From an uncultured Candidatus Saccharibacteria bacterium (lineage in GTDB: Bacteria > Patescibacteriota > Minisyncoccia > Phycocordibacterales > UBA2100), in the NCBI GenBank assembly GCA_964424265.1, contig CAYRHX010000003.1, forward strand, positions 2,269 through 66,268: 64,000 nt of DNA. Direction: 5' to 3'. Numbering within the stretch: the stretch's first letter is position 1; the number at the start of each line of letters is the position of its first letter. The notes below the pieces were generated by a model that did not search any database, was not told where the DNA came from, and was given only the letters and a program-made list of their open reading frames with translations. Below, one piece after another: positions 56,729 through 64,000 of this stretch. The translations under genes were made by a program, and so were the position numbers.

Positions 56729-57964
56729 TTAGTGGCCCGCGCTTGCACCACTCGAATCGCCGAAAAATATATCGGGCCGGGCAGCGCCCACTACAGAGAG
56801 TGTCCCCCATGCGCCTTTGTCCAAGCGCGCGAGCGCATGATCGACGAGGATGTACGTACCAGGCACATCTGCTGTGAATTCTACGACAGTCGCACCACCC
56901 GCGGGGACTATGGTGCTTTGGACATTTTTATGTGGCTCGGACCCCATCGCCGCCTCTGGATACACGATATCAAATATCTCCCCTATTAAATGAAAACTTG
57001 AAACGAGATTTACGCCGCCGTTCCCGACGTACATACGCACCTTCTCCCCTTGATTGATCACGACATTGTCTTTCGAGATTGATCCCACGCGACCGTTGAA
57101 TACGATGTACTCGGGGATCCCATCAAGCATTTTTGAAGCATCGATCACTTGAAGACCTTTGGTGCCGCGAGTGCCGCCTGTATAGAATTCACCTTGCATG
57201 ACGTACAATTCACGATCGACTTTGGGCAATCCTTCTCTCGGCTCTACAAGAATGAGCCCATACATACCGTGCGCCATGTGATTTGCGACATTTGGGTAAG
57301 CGCAGTGATATACATAGAGACCTGGATTAAGCGCCTTGAAACGAAGCGTCTTGCTTTCGCCCGGCGCCACGGTGGTCACCGCCGCGCCTCCTCCCGGTCC
57401 CGTTACCGCATGAAGATCAATGCTATGCGAATGGAGACTTGTGGGGTCATTGCGTAACGTGAGAGCAACAGTATCACCCTCGCGCACGCGCAAAAGGGGA
57501 CCTGGCACGGTGCCATCAAACGTCCAATAATTGACCACAACCCCTGGCGCAATTTCAGAAATTACCTCCTTGGTCGTGAGATGTATCACCACATCGGACG
57601 TTGTCGTTGGGGGGCTTGCCGGGACATCGAGCGGATCGCGCGAAATGTCGGCAACGCGATCAAAACTGTCTAAGTGAGAGAAAAACTTAAATACGTTTTT
57701 GAGTGGAAGCGTGGGACCATCGGCGGGCCCATAGGTTTTAATTCCAAACGGATACTGAAGATCTTTCGGAACACCGACAGGAAACCAGAAGAAAAGCATC
57801 GCTCCGATGAAAAATGCTCCGAGCAGGAAGGCATTGCGTCTTGAATGCAGCTTTCGCAATACGATATACAAAAAGATTGTGGCGACGAGTCCCGCGAGCA
57901 CAAGCCCAAAGCCCTGGACAATGAGGTAGTTGAGTAATGTCCAGAGTTCTGCAATCTTACTCAT
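56729..57964 (-). CDS. nirK: copper-containing nitrite reductase (NirK/AniA-like), N-terminally membrane-anchored
   Basis: Two cupredoxin domains with type 1 Cu ligands (HSIDLHAV...YVYHCAYPNVANHMAHGMYGLILVEP) and type 2 His residues. The N-terminal 60 aa are hydrophobic (TM anchor). Confidence 0.85.
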   Translation of the reverse strand: MSKIAELWTLLNYLIVQGFGLVLAGLVATIFLYIVLRKLHSRRNAFLLGAFFIGAMLFFWFPVGVPKDLQYPFGIKTYGPADGPTLPLKNVFKFFSHLDSFDRVADISRDPLDVPASPPTTTSDVVIHLTTKEVISEIAPGVVVNYWTFDGTVPGPLLRVREGDTVALTLRNDPTSLHSHSIDLHAVTGPGGGAAVTTVAPGESKTLRFKALNPGLYVYHCAYPNVANHMAHGMYGLILVEPREGLPKVDRELYVMQGEFYTGGTRGTKGLQVIDASKMLDGIPEYIVFNGRVGSISKDNVVINQGEKVRMYVGNGGVNLVSSFHLIGEIFDIVYPEAAMGSEPHKNVQSTIVPAGGATVVEFTADVPGTYILVDHALARLDKGAWGTLSVVGAARPDIFFGDSSGASAGH

Positions 57965-58066
57965 AGATACGGATATATTAAATTATAATCCTGCGCCACT
58001 TCATATTATCATCACAAAAATGCGGTCCCCCGCATGCATATTTTGGGTTGTGCATAATCCCCCTAG

Positions 58067-58135
58067 AACATGTTTGAAACGCTTAGCCGGATTCCGAGGG
58101 AATACCGCCTCGAAGCGAAGGTTTCTAAACATGCC
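58067..58135 (+). repeat. internally deleted (about 70 bp) copy B of the MITE-like repeat, with both termini retained and flanked by CTAG on each side
   Basis: ccCTAGaa-catgtttgaaacgcttagccgg|attccgagggaataccgcctcgaagcgaaggtttctaaacatgcc-CTAGcg. The left 25 bp and right 45 bp match the ends of copies A and C. The deletion junction falls at the short direct repeat ccgg. Confidence 0.75.
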
Positions 58136-58252
58136 CTAGCGCCGCTTGAGTTTTCGCGCCGCAAGCCTCTCGCGCTTCGCGGCAAGACGCTTTTTCGTCT
58201 TACGCGAACGCGACTTCTTGTTTTTAATATCCTGACTTGCTCTTTTTGCCAT
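58136..58252 (-). CDS. small (38-aa), extremely basic hypothetical protein
   Basis: ATG at 58252 encodes MAKRASQDIKNKKSRSRKTKKRLAAKRERLAARKLKRR. Its stop TAG is the CTAG flank of repeat copy B. No recognisable family, so it may be spurious. Confidence 0.25.
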   Translation of the reverse strand: MAKRASQDIKNKKSRSRKTKKRLAAKRERLAARKLKRR

Positions 58253-58308
58253 GCGATGATTATACCCTATGCCAATAAAAAATCGAGCGAATGTGGCTTG
58301 AACTCGGA

Positions 58309-59346
58309 TCACTCGATCCGAAAATCCAGTTGAGGCTCGGGAATGCCGATAGATTTCCCATATGCAATTACGTCGACCCAAGTAGCCTTGTCTGATAAAA
58401 CAATGGTAAATACTTTACTCTTAAACACGACCGTGACGTCGTTGCGGCCCGGTTCCCAAAAATGGAAATACCATGGGCCGTCGTTCATATGTCTCTGGAT
58501 CTCTGAAACTTGCTTACTGTCAAGCCGAATGTCGTGAAGCACACAACCATCTGAGAGGCGAGTTTGTACGACTTTCAACTTTTCGAGAATATCCTTGTCG
58601 AGCAAACTGTTTTCCACGAGAACACCCTTGTACTTGTATCGATCTCCTTCGACGACGCACTCTTCATATAATTTCTTAAGCCGGTTGTATTCCGATTCCA
58701 ATTTTTCGAGCCGAACGAGCACATCTCCCACGTCTGTCCCCTGCACGGCTTCGCGTATATGCTCTTTGGCCACTTTCTTCAACTTCCCCTCCGCCATGCC
58801 GCGAAGATCGGTAAGCTCTTTGAATTTCTCTTCCAGAAGGCTTTTTATATCAAAACACCGGTGATCACTCTCGTCCGTGGACTTGGACTTCTTTTTGAGT
58901 AAATGTGCAGCAAGGAAGCCGAACGGGATTAGGGAGAGGAGGACAATAAGCGGCCACAACAAAACCTCTCTCGACTTTTGAGGCGCTTGGACGTTTTCAA
59001 CAAACGTCGCATCTACTGAATCCTGACCGACAGGAGGAAGGGCAGAGGTCTGGGGAATGACAGGTGCCACCTCCCTAGGTGGGGTCGCTGGCTCCACTCC
59101 CCCAGCGCGTGGCAAGCTGGCATTCAACCCTGTGGAATCGGAGGATGCCGGAATCGGCTCAGAAGCTGCAGAGGGTTGTGACGTAGTAGCCGTAAGCGCC
59201 TCTGAGGCTGTCGGCACATCGGTGGTCGGCTTTATATCAGCTGGTGGTATAGAGCCGTCGCTCTGTGCAGTCGCGACAGATGTGTGCGCGAGGACCACCA
59301 AGAATATCGAGTACAAAAGTATGCGTGACCCCTTATGCATATTCAT
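58309..59346 (-). CDS. hypothetical type-I membrane protein with a Pro/Thr/Ser-rich ectodomain and a cytoplasmic coiled-coil plus beta-rich C-terminal domain
   Basis: Signal peptide (ILLYSIFLVVLAHTSVATA), about 110 aa of low-complexity PTS-rich sequence, a TM helix (LLWPLIVLLSLIPFGFLAAHLL), then a Lys/Glu-rich helical region and a C-terminal segment (GPWYFHFWEPGRNDVTVVFKSKVFTIVL). Confidence 0.5.
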   Translation of the reverse strand: MNMHKGSRILLYSIFLVVLAHTSVATAQSDGSIPPADIKPTTDVPTASEALTATTSQPSAASEPIPASSDSTGLNASLPRAGGVEPATPPREVAPVIPQTSALPPVGQDSVDATFVENVQAPQKSREVLLWPLIVLLSLIPFGFLAAHLLKKKSKSTDESDHRCFDIKSLLEEKFKELTDLRGMAEGKLKKVAKEHIREAVQGTDVGDVLVRLEKLESEYNRLKKLYEECVVEGDRYKYKGVLVENSLLDKDILEKLKVVQTRLSDGCVLHDIRLDSKQVSEIQRHMNDGPWYFHFWEPGRNDVTVVFKSKVFTIVLSDKATWVDVIAYGKSIGIPEPQLDFRIE

Positions 59347-59414
59347 ATCCCCTACATTTTACCCTACGAAAGGATGCGGAGCATGATTTTAGTTTGAGGA
59401 CGATGGAACCAAAA

Positions 59415-59978
59415 TCAATTAATTCCATAAACCCACATAGGAGGGAAATTCCTCCACACATATTTTCTTTTCTGAATTGGAAGAACTTCATACACCGGAT
59501 ATGCCGTTGGTCGAAAGATTATTTCAAAGCGGAAAATGGTTCCCTGATCAGTATAATTTTTTATTGATTTAAAAAGCGCTTGCATCTGCTTCCTCGGTGC
59601 AAATGGGAGCGCGGAAACGATAAGGTCGGGACGTTCGATAGAGTGACGGCGCAGAACCTCACCGAGACGTTCGGCCCCGACATTTTCTACAATTACCCTA
59701 TCCCCAAACTTCCGTCGCAACAGGGCAGCGTAATCGGGATCGAGCTCAATCAAGATGATCGTGCTGTTACGCGAAGCTCGTTTGATGAGTTCAGCAGTGT
59801 ATGGCCCGGTACCAGGCCCTAGCTCGACAATCGTTTTAATCTTCGAAAAATCAATATCCTCCAACATTGATCGAGCGGCTGTGGCAGAGCTCGGCACCAC
59901 AGAGGCGTTTACAAATGGCTGACGAATATTTTTTACAAAAAACATCGCCCTCTCAGCGAGGGTGGTATTGGTGCTCAT
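59415..59978 (-). CDS. class I SAM-dependent methyltransferase (COG3963-like small MTase)
   Basis: Motif I (IVELGPGTGPYTAEL) and a post-I acidic residue (ILIELD). The 187-aa length and layout resemble the phospholipid-N-methyltransferase/RrnaAD-like small MTase group. Confidence 0.65.
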   Translation of the reverse strand: MSTNTTLAERAMFFVKNIRQPFVNASVVPSSATAARSMLEDIDFSKIKTIVELGPGTGPYTAELIKRASRNSTIILIELDPDYAALLRRKFGDRVIVENVGAERLGEVLRRHSIERPDLIVSALPFAPRKQMQALFKSIKNYTDQGTIFRFEIIFRPTAYPVYEVLPIQKRKYVWRNFPPMWVYGIN

Positions 59979-60043
59979 GCCAACAGTATAGCAACTTTTA
60001 TTTCCTTTGGTCTAGGCACAATTCTCTGGCTTTCATCGCTAGA

Positions 60044-60190
60044 GCACGTTTGAAAACGCTTAACCGGAGTGAGAGGCGGTATTTCCGAGGAATCCCCGCA
60101 GCACGAGGAGTGCGAGGATTGAGGATTTTTCAGCAGAAAAATCCGGTTTCCGAGGGAATACCGTCTCGAAGCGAAGGTCTTCAAACATGC
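60044..60190 (+). repeat. MITE-like imperfect palindromic intergenic repeat, full-length copy C
   Basis: 147 bp: gcacgtttgaaaacgcttaaccggagtgagaggcggtatttccgaggaatccccgcagcacgaggagtgcgaggattgaggatttttcagcagaaaaatccggtttccgagggaataccgtctcgaagcgaaggtcttcaaacatgc. The reverse complement of the right 47 bp aligns with the left 50 bp. A central A/T-rich hairpin (ggatttttc-agca-gaaaaatcc) is present. It is flanked by CTAGAG and CTAAG, and sits between the AI-2E transporter stop and the MTase start. Confidence 0.8.
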
Positions 60191-60191
60191 T

Positions 60192-61274
60192 CTAAGTGGT
60201 GGCCGCTCCGTCTGATGATTTGATTTGCGTCGCCGAGACTGCAAGATACGAGTAGATTGTAATAAACGCAAAGAGGAGGCTCAGCGTCAGCGGCCCAAGA
60301 AATATCCCAACAGGGCCGAAAAATGCTATCCCCCCCAAAACAGAGAGGAGCACGAAAAGGGGGTGGAGCCGCATGCCGCCACCAATCAATTTTGGGCCAA
60401 GTACGTTGTCGACTAGACCCACAGCAAGAACACCCCACGCCAAAAGCCCGAGAGCCGGAATAGTGCTACCAATCACAAAAAGATAGAGAATCGCCGGCAC
60501 TATCACAAAAGCAGTCCCGATAGCGGGAATGAGCGCAGCGATAGCAGTAAGCGTCCCCCAGAGAACACTGTTGGGAACCCCGAAGATTGTGAGTCCGATG
60601 GTAGCAAATACTCCCTGTATGAGAGCTATCGTGAGATTCCCCTTTACAACCGAATTGACCGCGAGAGCAAGGCGATCGAACACTATTTCGTCGTCGGAAT
60701 CATTGAGCGGACTGAGTGCGATGAGTGATTGCTTCAATTTCTTTCCATCGCGGAGCAAATAGTACAAGGCAATAAAAAAGATAAAAAGATGCAGGAGCAG
60801 CACAGAAATGCCCGATACCGCAGTCCCCAAATGCACGATGAGCCATTCAAGACCTTGCTTCATATAGATATCGAGATCGGAAGAGAGGTTTTCGAAGATG
60901 CCCGCCGCACCGGGAATAGCACCTTCAAGGGTCTTCCCAGCATACGCTATCAAAGAAGTAGCCGGATTTTCTCTCCCACCGCCCGTGACGAGAGAGCCAT
61001 AAAGATCTCGTGATTCATAAAATATCTGTGTCCCCAAAAAAGAGAGCGGCACCAGAATGCATACAATACTAATGAGAACAGTGGCGAGCGCTGCTATCGA
61101 TTCCCGGTTCCCAACGTATCGCAATATCCTCACATGGAGCGGATCAAGGACGACGGCAAACACCGCGGCAAGAACCAGCGGCGCGAGAAAAGGGCTAAAG
61201 ACAAAAAAAGAGAGCGCGAGAGAGCCTCCCAAAAGCAACAGTAGGAAGTTGAGTTGTAAAGAGTGGCTGATCAT
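60192..61274 (-). CDS. AI-2E family transporter (UPF0118/PerM-like)
   Basis: 360 aa with eight predicted TM helices and a family-typical N-terminus (FSPFLAPLVLAAVFAVVLDPLHVRI). It has a conserved, Gly-rich C-terminal membrane region. Confidence 0.8.
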   Translation of the reverse strand: MISHSLQLNFLLLLLGGSLALSFFVFSPFLAPLVLAAVFAVVLDPLHVRILRYVGNRESIAALATVLISIVCILVPLSFLGTQIFYESRDLYGSLVTGGGRENPATSLIAYAGKTLEGAIPGAAGIFENLSSDLDIYMKQGLEWLIVHLGTAVSGISVLLLHLFIFFIALYYLLRDGKKLKQSLIALSPLNDSDDEIVFDRLALAVNSVVKGNLTIALIQGVFATIGLTIFGVPNSVLWGTLTAIAALIPAIGTAFVIVPAILYLFVIGSTIPALGLLAWGVLAVGLVDNVLGPKLIGGGMRLHPLFVLLSVLGGIAFFGPVGIFLGPLTLSLLFAFITIYSYLAVSATQIKSSDGAATT

Positions 61275-61329
61275 GTCCGCAGTATAACAAACAGGGCCCT
61301 AGGATAGTAGGCCTTCTTTCGGTCAGCCA

Positions 61330-61647
61330 TCACTCCATATTTTGGGATATCTGCATAGATGCGGCGAGGGTGGAGACAACCTCCACGAGAGACCTCTGCA
61401 TATCTGGAATCACGACAGTGAGGGAGGATAGAAAGACATCGGCATCGCCTTCTGAAAGCGCAGCCTTGATCTCCCCGACTCGATCGTCGGGAACTCTTAG
61501 AAGAATCTTCTTGAAAAGCACGGATGCAAATCGACTTAAAACTGCCGCCTGTGTGTCCCCTGATAAATCTTGAATATGTAGCCTTCTAGAAATGTCTTCG
61601 AGTCCGCCAGCGAGCGCGTATATCATTTCTGTTTCGCGGTCATTCAT
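61330..61647 (-). CDS. hypothetical soluble protein, downstream partner of an ATGA-coupled pair
   Basis: ATG at 61647 (MNDRETEMIYALAGG...) overlaps the upstream gene's TGA as ATGA. The ORF-track TTG start at 61668 is less likely. Confidence 0.4.
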   Translation of the reverse strand: MNDRETEMIYALAGGLEDISRRLHIQDLSGDTQAAVLSRFASVLFKKILLRVPDDRVGEIKAALSEGDADVFLSSLTVVIPDMQRSLVEVVSTLAASMQISQNME

Positions 61648-62018
61648 ATTTTTTTGCTCCGCCGCCAAAGGATATAGGCAACTCCAAGTAGCGGAAACGT
61701 GGGCAATCCCGGCATTGCACCCACCGTCCCTGACATTGTCGCCAAAATACGCATACCAAGTTTTGATTGTGGGAGCAATCCTTTTTTCTCCGCCCGATCA
61801 ATCAGATCATCAGCTCTCATGAGCAAATCTTCCCATTTCTGCGCAAGAGCCTTTCCGACATCTTTCATGAAACCGACTCCATACTTCTCAGTTATCTGCG
61901 CATCGAGGTCTGCATCTACGGATTCGATGCGAAGAAGAATGGTATCGGCACCTTCCGCCCCAATGCGCGGTGACGATTCCCTCTCGCGTCGCACAATTCG
62001 TGGATGTCCTTCGAGCAT
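61644..62018 (-). CDS. hypothetical protein with a C-terminal TM helix, upstream partner of the pair
   Basis: 124 aa with a charged helical N-terminal region and a C-terminal hydrophobic segment (MSGTVGAMPGLPTFPLLGVAYILWRR). SD-like AGGA sits 9-12 nt upstream of the ATG at 62018. Confidence 0.4.
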   Translation of the reverse strand: MLEGHPRIVRRERESSPRIGAEGADTILLRIESVDADLDAQITEKYGVGFMKDVGKALAQKWEDLLMRADDLIDRAEKKGLLPQSKLGMRILATMSGTVGAMPGLPTFPLLGVAYILWRRSKKI

Positions 62019-62256
62019 TGGAATAATCCTAGCACGCGGCCATCACAGACTCATTTTCTCACTGACCAATGTTTTTAATATTCCTCAGAGTCCGCCCGCC
62101 CGGCCAGGAAACCTACCTCCCTCCTTCGCTAAAGCTACGGACGGGCAAGCAAACCGCGACTCTTGAACGAAGTTCGAACTGTTGCGATGTCAGGAAATAC
62201 CGTATTTAACCATTAATTGCTCGTCACCTTTATTTGCATTTCCCGCAGCTCTCCAA

Positions 62257-62610
62257 TTATATCTTTCCACTCAGTATAAAAAATAAACTCACGAGTCCAA
62301 ATACAAATGCCAATACCACGGCTCCTGAAGCCAGATCTTTACTACGACCAATTGCCTCATCATGCTCGGGATGGAGTTTAGTAAGAGCTATTTCAATGGA
62401 TGTATTTTGAATTTCGGTAACCACAATGAAAAACCAGCAAAATATTAACAGCAAGAGCTCGCTAGAGGACAATGGTCCGAATAAGAAATACACGGCAGGT
62501 ATTCCAATAATTCCAAAAACAAGTGTTTCAAAGCGGACAGCGAAGTCGCGGGTGAAAGCATATTTGAGACCCCGAAACGGATTTGAAAGTCTATTAATCC
62601 AATACTTCAT
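62257..62610 (-). CDS. second diacylglycerol kinase family paralog (DgkA-like)
   Basis: 117 aa with the DgkA signature (EIQNTSIEIALTKLHPEHDEAIGRSKDLASGAVVLAFV) and three TM helices. Confidence 0.75.
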   Translation of the reverse strand: MKYWINRLSNPFRGLKYAFTRDFAVRFETLVFGIIGIPAVYFLFGPLSSSELLLLIFCWFFIVVTEIQNTSIEIALTKLHPEHDEAIGRSKDLASGAVVLAFVFGLVSLFFILSGKI

Positions 62611-62823
62611 ATGGTAAGTATATCCCGCAGAGAGATATGTGGCACCTTAGGTTCGAACTACACGCTTAGGGACAAAAAGATAAGCATTGAAGCCGATGCT
62701 TTGCTTTTCGCTATCAAAAACGTCAAAGAAGAGTCTCTTGTCGCTATTAATGCGTTCGAACCAACGCAAAATGGCTCCACTGCAATGCAAATGGAACCAT
62801 CTTACGCACTCAGTCCTAATTTG

Positions 62824-62894
62824 CTGGGGGACTTGGAATCGAACCAAGATAAACGCCTCCAAAGGGCGCTGTCCTACCGTTAGACGATCCCCCA
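62824..62894 (-). tRNA. tRNA-Gln (anticodon UUG)
   Basis: Minus-strand sequence TGGGGGATCGTCTAACGGTAGGACAGCGCCCTTTGGAGGCGTTTATCTTGGTTCGATTCCAAGTCCCCCAG. It has a 7-bp acceptor stem with U1-A72, a D arm, an anticodon stem CGCC/GGCG with loop CTTTGGA (anticodon UUG), and a T arm CTTGG-TTCGATT-CCAAG. It closely resembles E. coli tRNA-Gln. CCA is not encoded. Confidence 0.85.
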
Positions 62895-62951
62895 TTACGT
62901 ATCGAACACCGCTAAAGATAGCAGGCTATTGAAGGAATAAAAAGGGGTGCG

Positions 62952-63515
62952 TCAATTTAAAACGACAGAACTCAGTATCTGACCGAAGTCTGTGCGGATC
63001 TGATCGCCCGCATCAAGGTATGTCGCCGTGAAGACTAAGATGTTGCCCTCGTGGGCGATCACGGTGCTTTCACCTCGATACAGTCCATCCCACTGATAAT
63101 AGAATCCCTTCACGCCTGCTGCGACGATGGGGGTGAGCTTGCCGTTGAGCGAAAGTTTGAAGTTGGAAGCGCTTGTATTTCGTATCCAATTCTCTACCGA
63201 AAGTTTATCGAGGTTATTTTGATAAATATCGATAGTTATCGCGGGCGGCCCCTCTCCTCCTGTAGGCACACGCGCCTTATCCTTCTTAGCAATGAGCGTG
63301 ATAGCAAAGTGCCCACGTTCACCATTGCCAACCTCTCGACCATCAATGGAATACGAATCCGGGTAGGAAAAAGTGATGCCGTATTGCGCGTTCTCATATC
63401 CCAACATCGACACCGATGCGGGCAACCACAAGACACTGGTCAGACCGTAGGCCGCGGCCGCCAGCGTGACGAGCGCGATTATATATCCCGCAAGCTTCTT
63501 CATATTCTCGTTCAT
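62952..63515 (-). CDS. secreted or membrane-anchored hypothetical protein
   Basis: 187 aa with an N-terminal signal/anchor (LAGYIIALVTLAAAAYGLTSVLWL) followed by a beta-rich soluble domain. No recognisable motifs. Confidence 0.45.
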   Translation of the reverse strand: MNENMKKLAGYIIALVTLAAAAYGLTSVLWLPASVSMLGYENAQYGITFSYPDSYSIDGREVGNGERGHFAITLIAKKDKARVPTGGEGPPAITIDIYQNNLDKLSVENWIRNTSASNFKLSLNGKLTPIVAAGVKGFYYQWDGLYRGESTVIAHEGNILVFTATYLDAGDQIRTDFGQILSSVVLN

Positions 63516-63522
63516 TATAGTA

Positions 63523-64000
63523 TCAAACTTTCCGTATGTTCAACATGAGGAAAAGGGGGAACTCTTTGCGCGCACGATCCTCGGCCTCTGCACGCGGTCC
63601 CTTCTCACTCACGCGATTCGAGATCCATTCTTCGAGGCCCGCGAGTACAAAACCATGTTTTGCAAACTCCTTCATATAGAGTTGGAGTGGCCGATGGTAC
63701 GACATCGTGGTAACACCGGGATCAGACCCTGGATGCATTTGGATAGCGTGCGCGGTTTCCGAAAGATACTTATCGATTCGACGAAATTGAATATTCGCGT
63801 CGGGATCAAATCCCCACTCAGAGTGACGCGGTATGCGAAAACATGGGTGATTCAACACCGCGATAAACGATCCGCCGGTTTTCAAAAGCCGCGCGACCTG
63901 CGCAAGCGCGCCTGAAAGATCTTTCATGTTTTGGAGCGCGAGCATACATATCGCCGTATCGAACGAGCTGTCCGGCAGTGGCATTCGCGAGGCAGGAGCA
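63523..64000 (-). CDS. class I SAM-dependent methyltransferase, C-terminal part; gene continues past the window end
   Basis: Methyltransf_11-like post-I/II region (DSSFDTAICMLALQNMKDLSGALAQVARLLKTGGSFIAVLNHP). Motif I is absent within the window, so the N-terminus lies beyond 64000. Confidence 0.6.
   Translation of the reverse strand, partial: APASRMPLPDSSFDTAICMLALQNMKDLSGALAQVARLLKTGGSFIAVLNHPCFRIPRHSEWGFDPDANIQFRRIDKYLSETAHAIQMHPGSDPGVTTMSYHRPLQLYMKEFAKHGFVLAGLEEWISNRVSEKGPRAEAEDRARKEFPLFLMLNIRKV

Noticed and set aside
15517-60190. Possibility that the dispersed repeats are a CRISPR array or rRNA/tRNA fragments
   Set aside because: The copies are far apart (15.5, 35.7, 58.1 and 60.0 kb) and are internally palindromic with no regular spacer periodicity. 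They have no tRNA cloverleaf or rRNA similarity by eye. The pattern fits a MITE/ERIC-type element instead.
62640-62700. tRNA-like GGTTCGAAC motif on the plus strand near 62651
   Set aside because: The flanking sequence does not form a 5-bp T stem or an acceptor stem, so no cloverleaf can be drawn. The genuine tRNA-Gln lies at 62824-62894 on the minus strand.

Overview
This 64-kb bacterial chromosomal window is about 50% GC and densely coding, with roughly 60 CDS, most of them on the minus strand. No rRNA, CRISPR array, intact IS element or prophage is visible, and there is one tRNA, tRNA-Gln(UUG). Most genes are housekeeping and are listed under features. They include nucleotide-excision repair (uvrC, uvrA, uvrB clustered around carAB and murB), tyrS and lysS, and an RND efflux pump with its periplasmic adaptor. 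They also include pyrB, purF, zwf and gnd, asd with a bifunctional aspartokinase/homoserine dehydrogenase, gpmA, eno and a copper nitrite reductase (nirK). The strongest signals are in the non-coding DNA. (1) A previously unnamed family of palindromic intergenic repeats of about 147 bp, MITE-like, with four copies: two full-length, one with an internal deletion, one half copy. Each has CTAG-type flanks that look like IS5-family target-site duplications. (2) An attenuator-like leader upstream of a lone long-form hisG. It has a TTGAAG-17-TATACA promoter, a 22-codon leader ORF with tandem His codons, and mutually exclusive hairpins ending in a hairpin plus U-tract. (3) A riboswitch- or attenuator-like leader upstream of the neighbouring gene, which encodes a fusion of an amino-acid-kinase fold and a GNAT acetyltransferase (ArgA-like). 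This leader has its own promoter, a palindrome at the predicted transcription start, and a terminator hairpin with a 17-bp upstream anti-terminator complement. These two genes lie in a slightly GC-richer stretch bracketed by unusually strong GC hairpins. Further candidates are a histidine-phosphatase gene translationally coupled (ATGA overlap) to folB, which could be the missing dihydroneopterin-phosphate phosphatase; a dgkA/PAP2 coupled pair (undecaprenol kinase plus phosphatase); and several coupled hypothetical pairs. All calls rest on reading ORF translations and the sequence by eye; no database searches were run.
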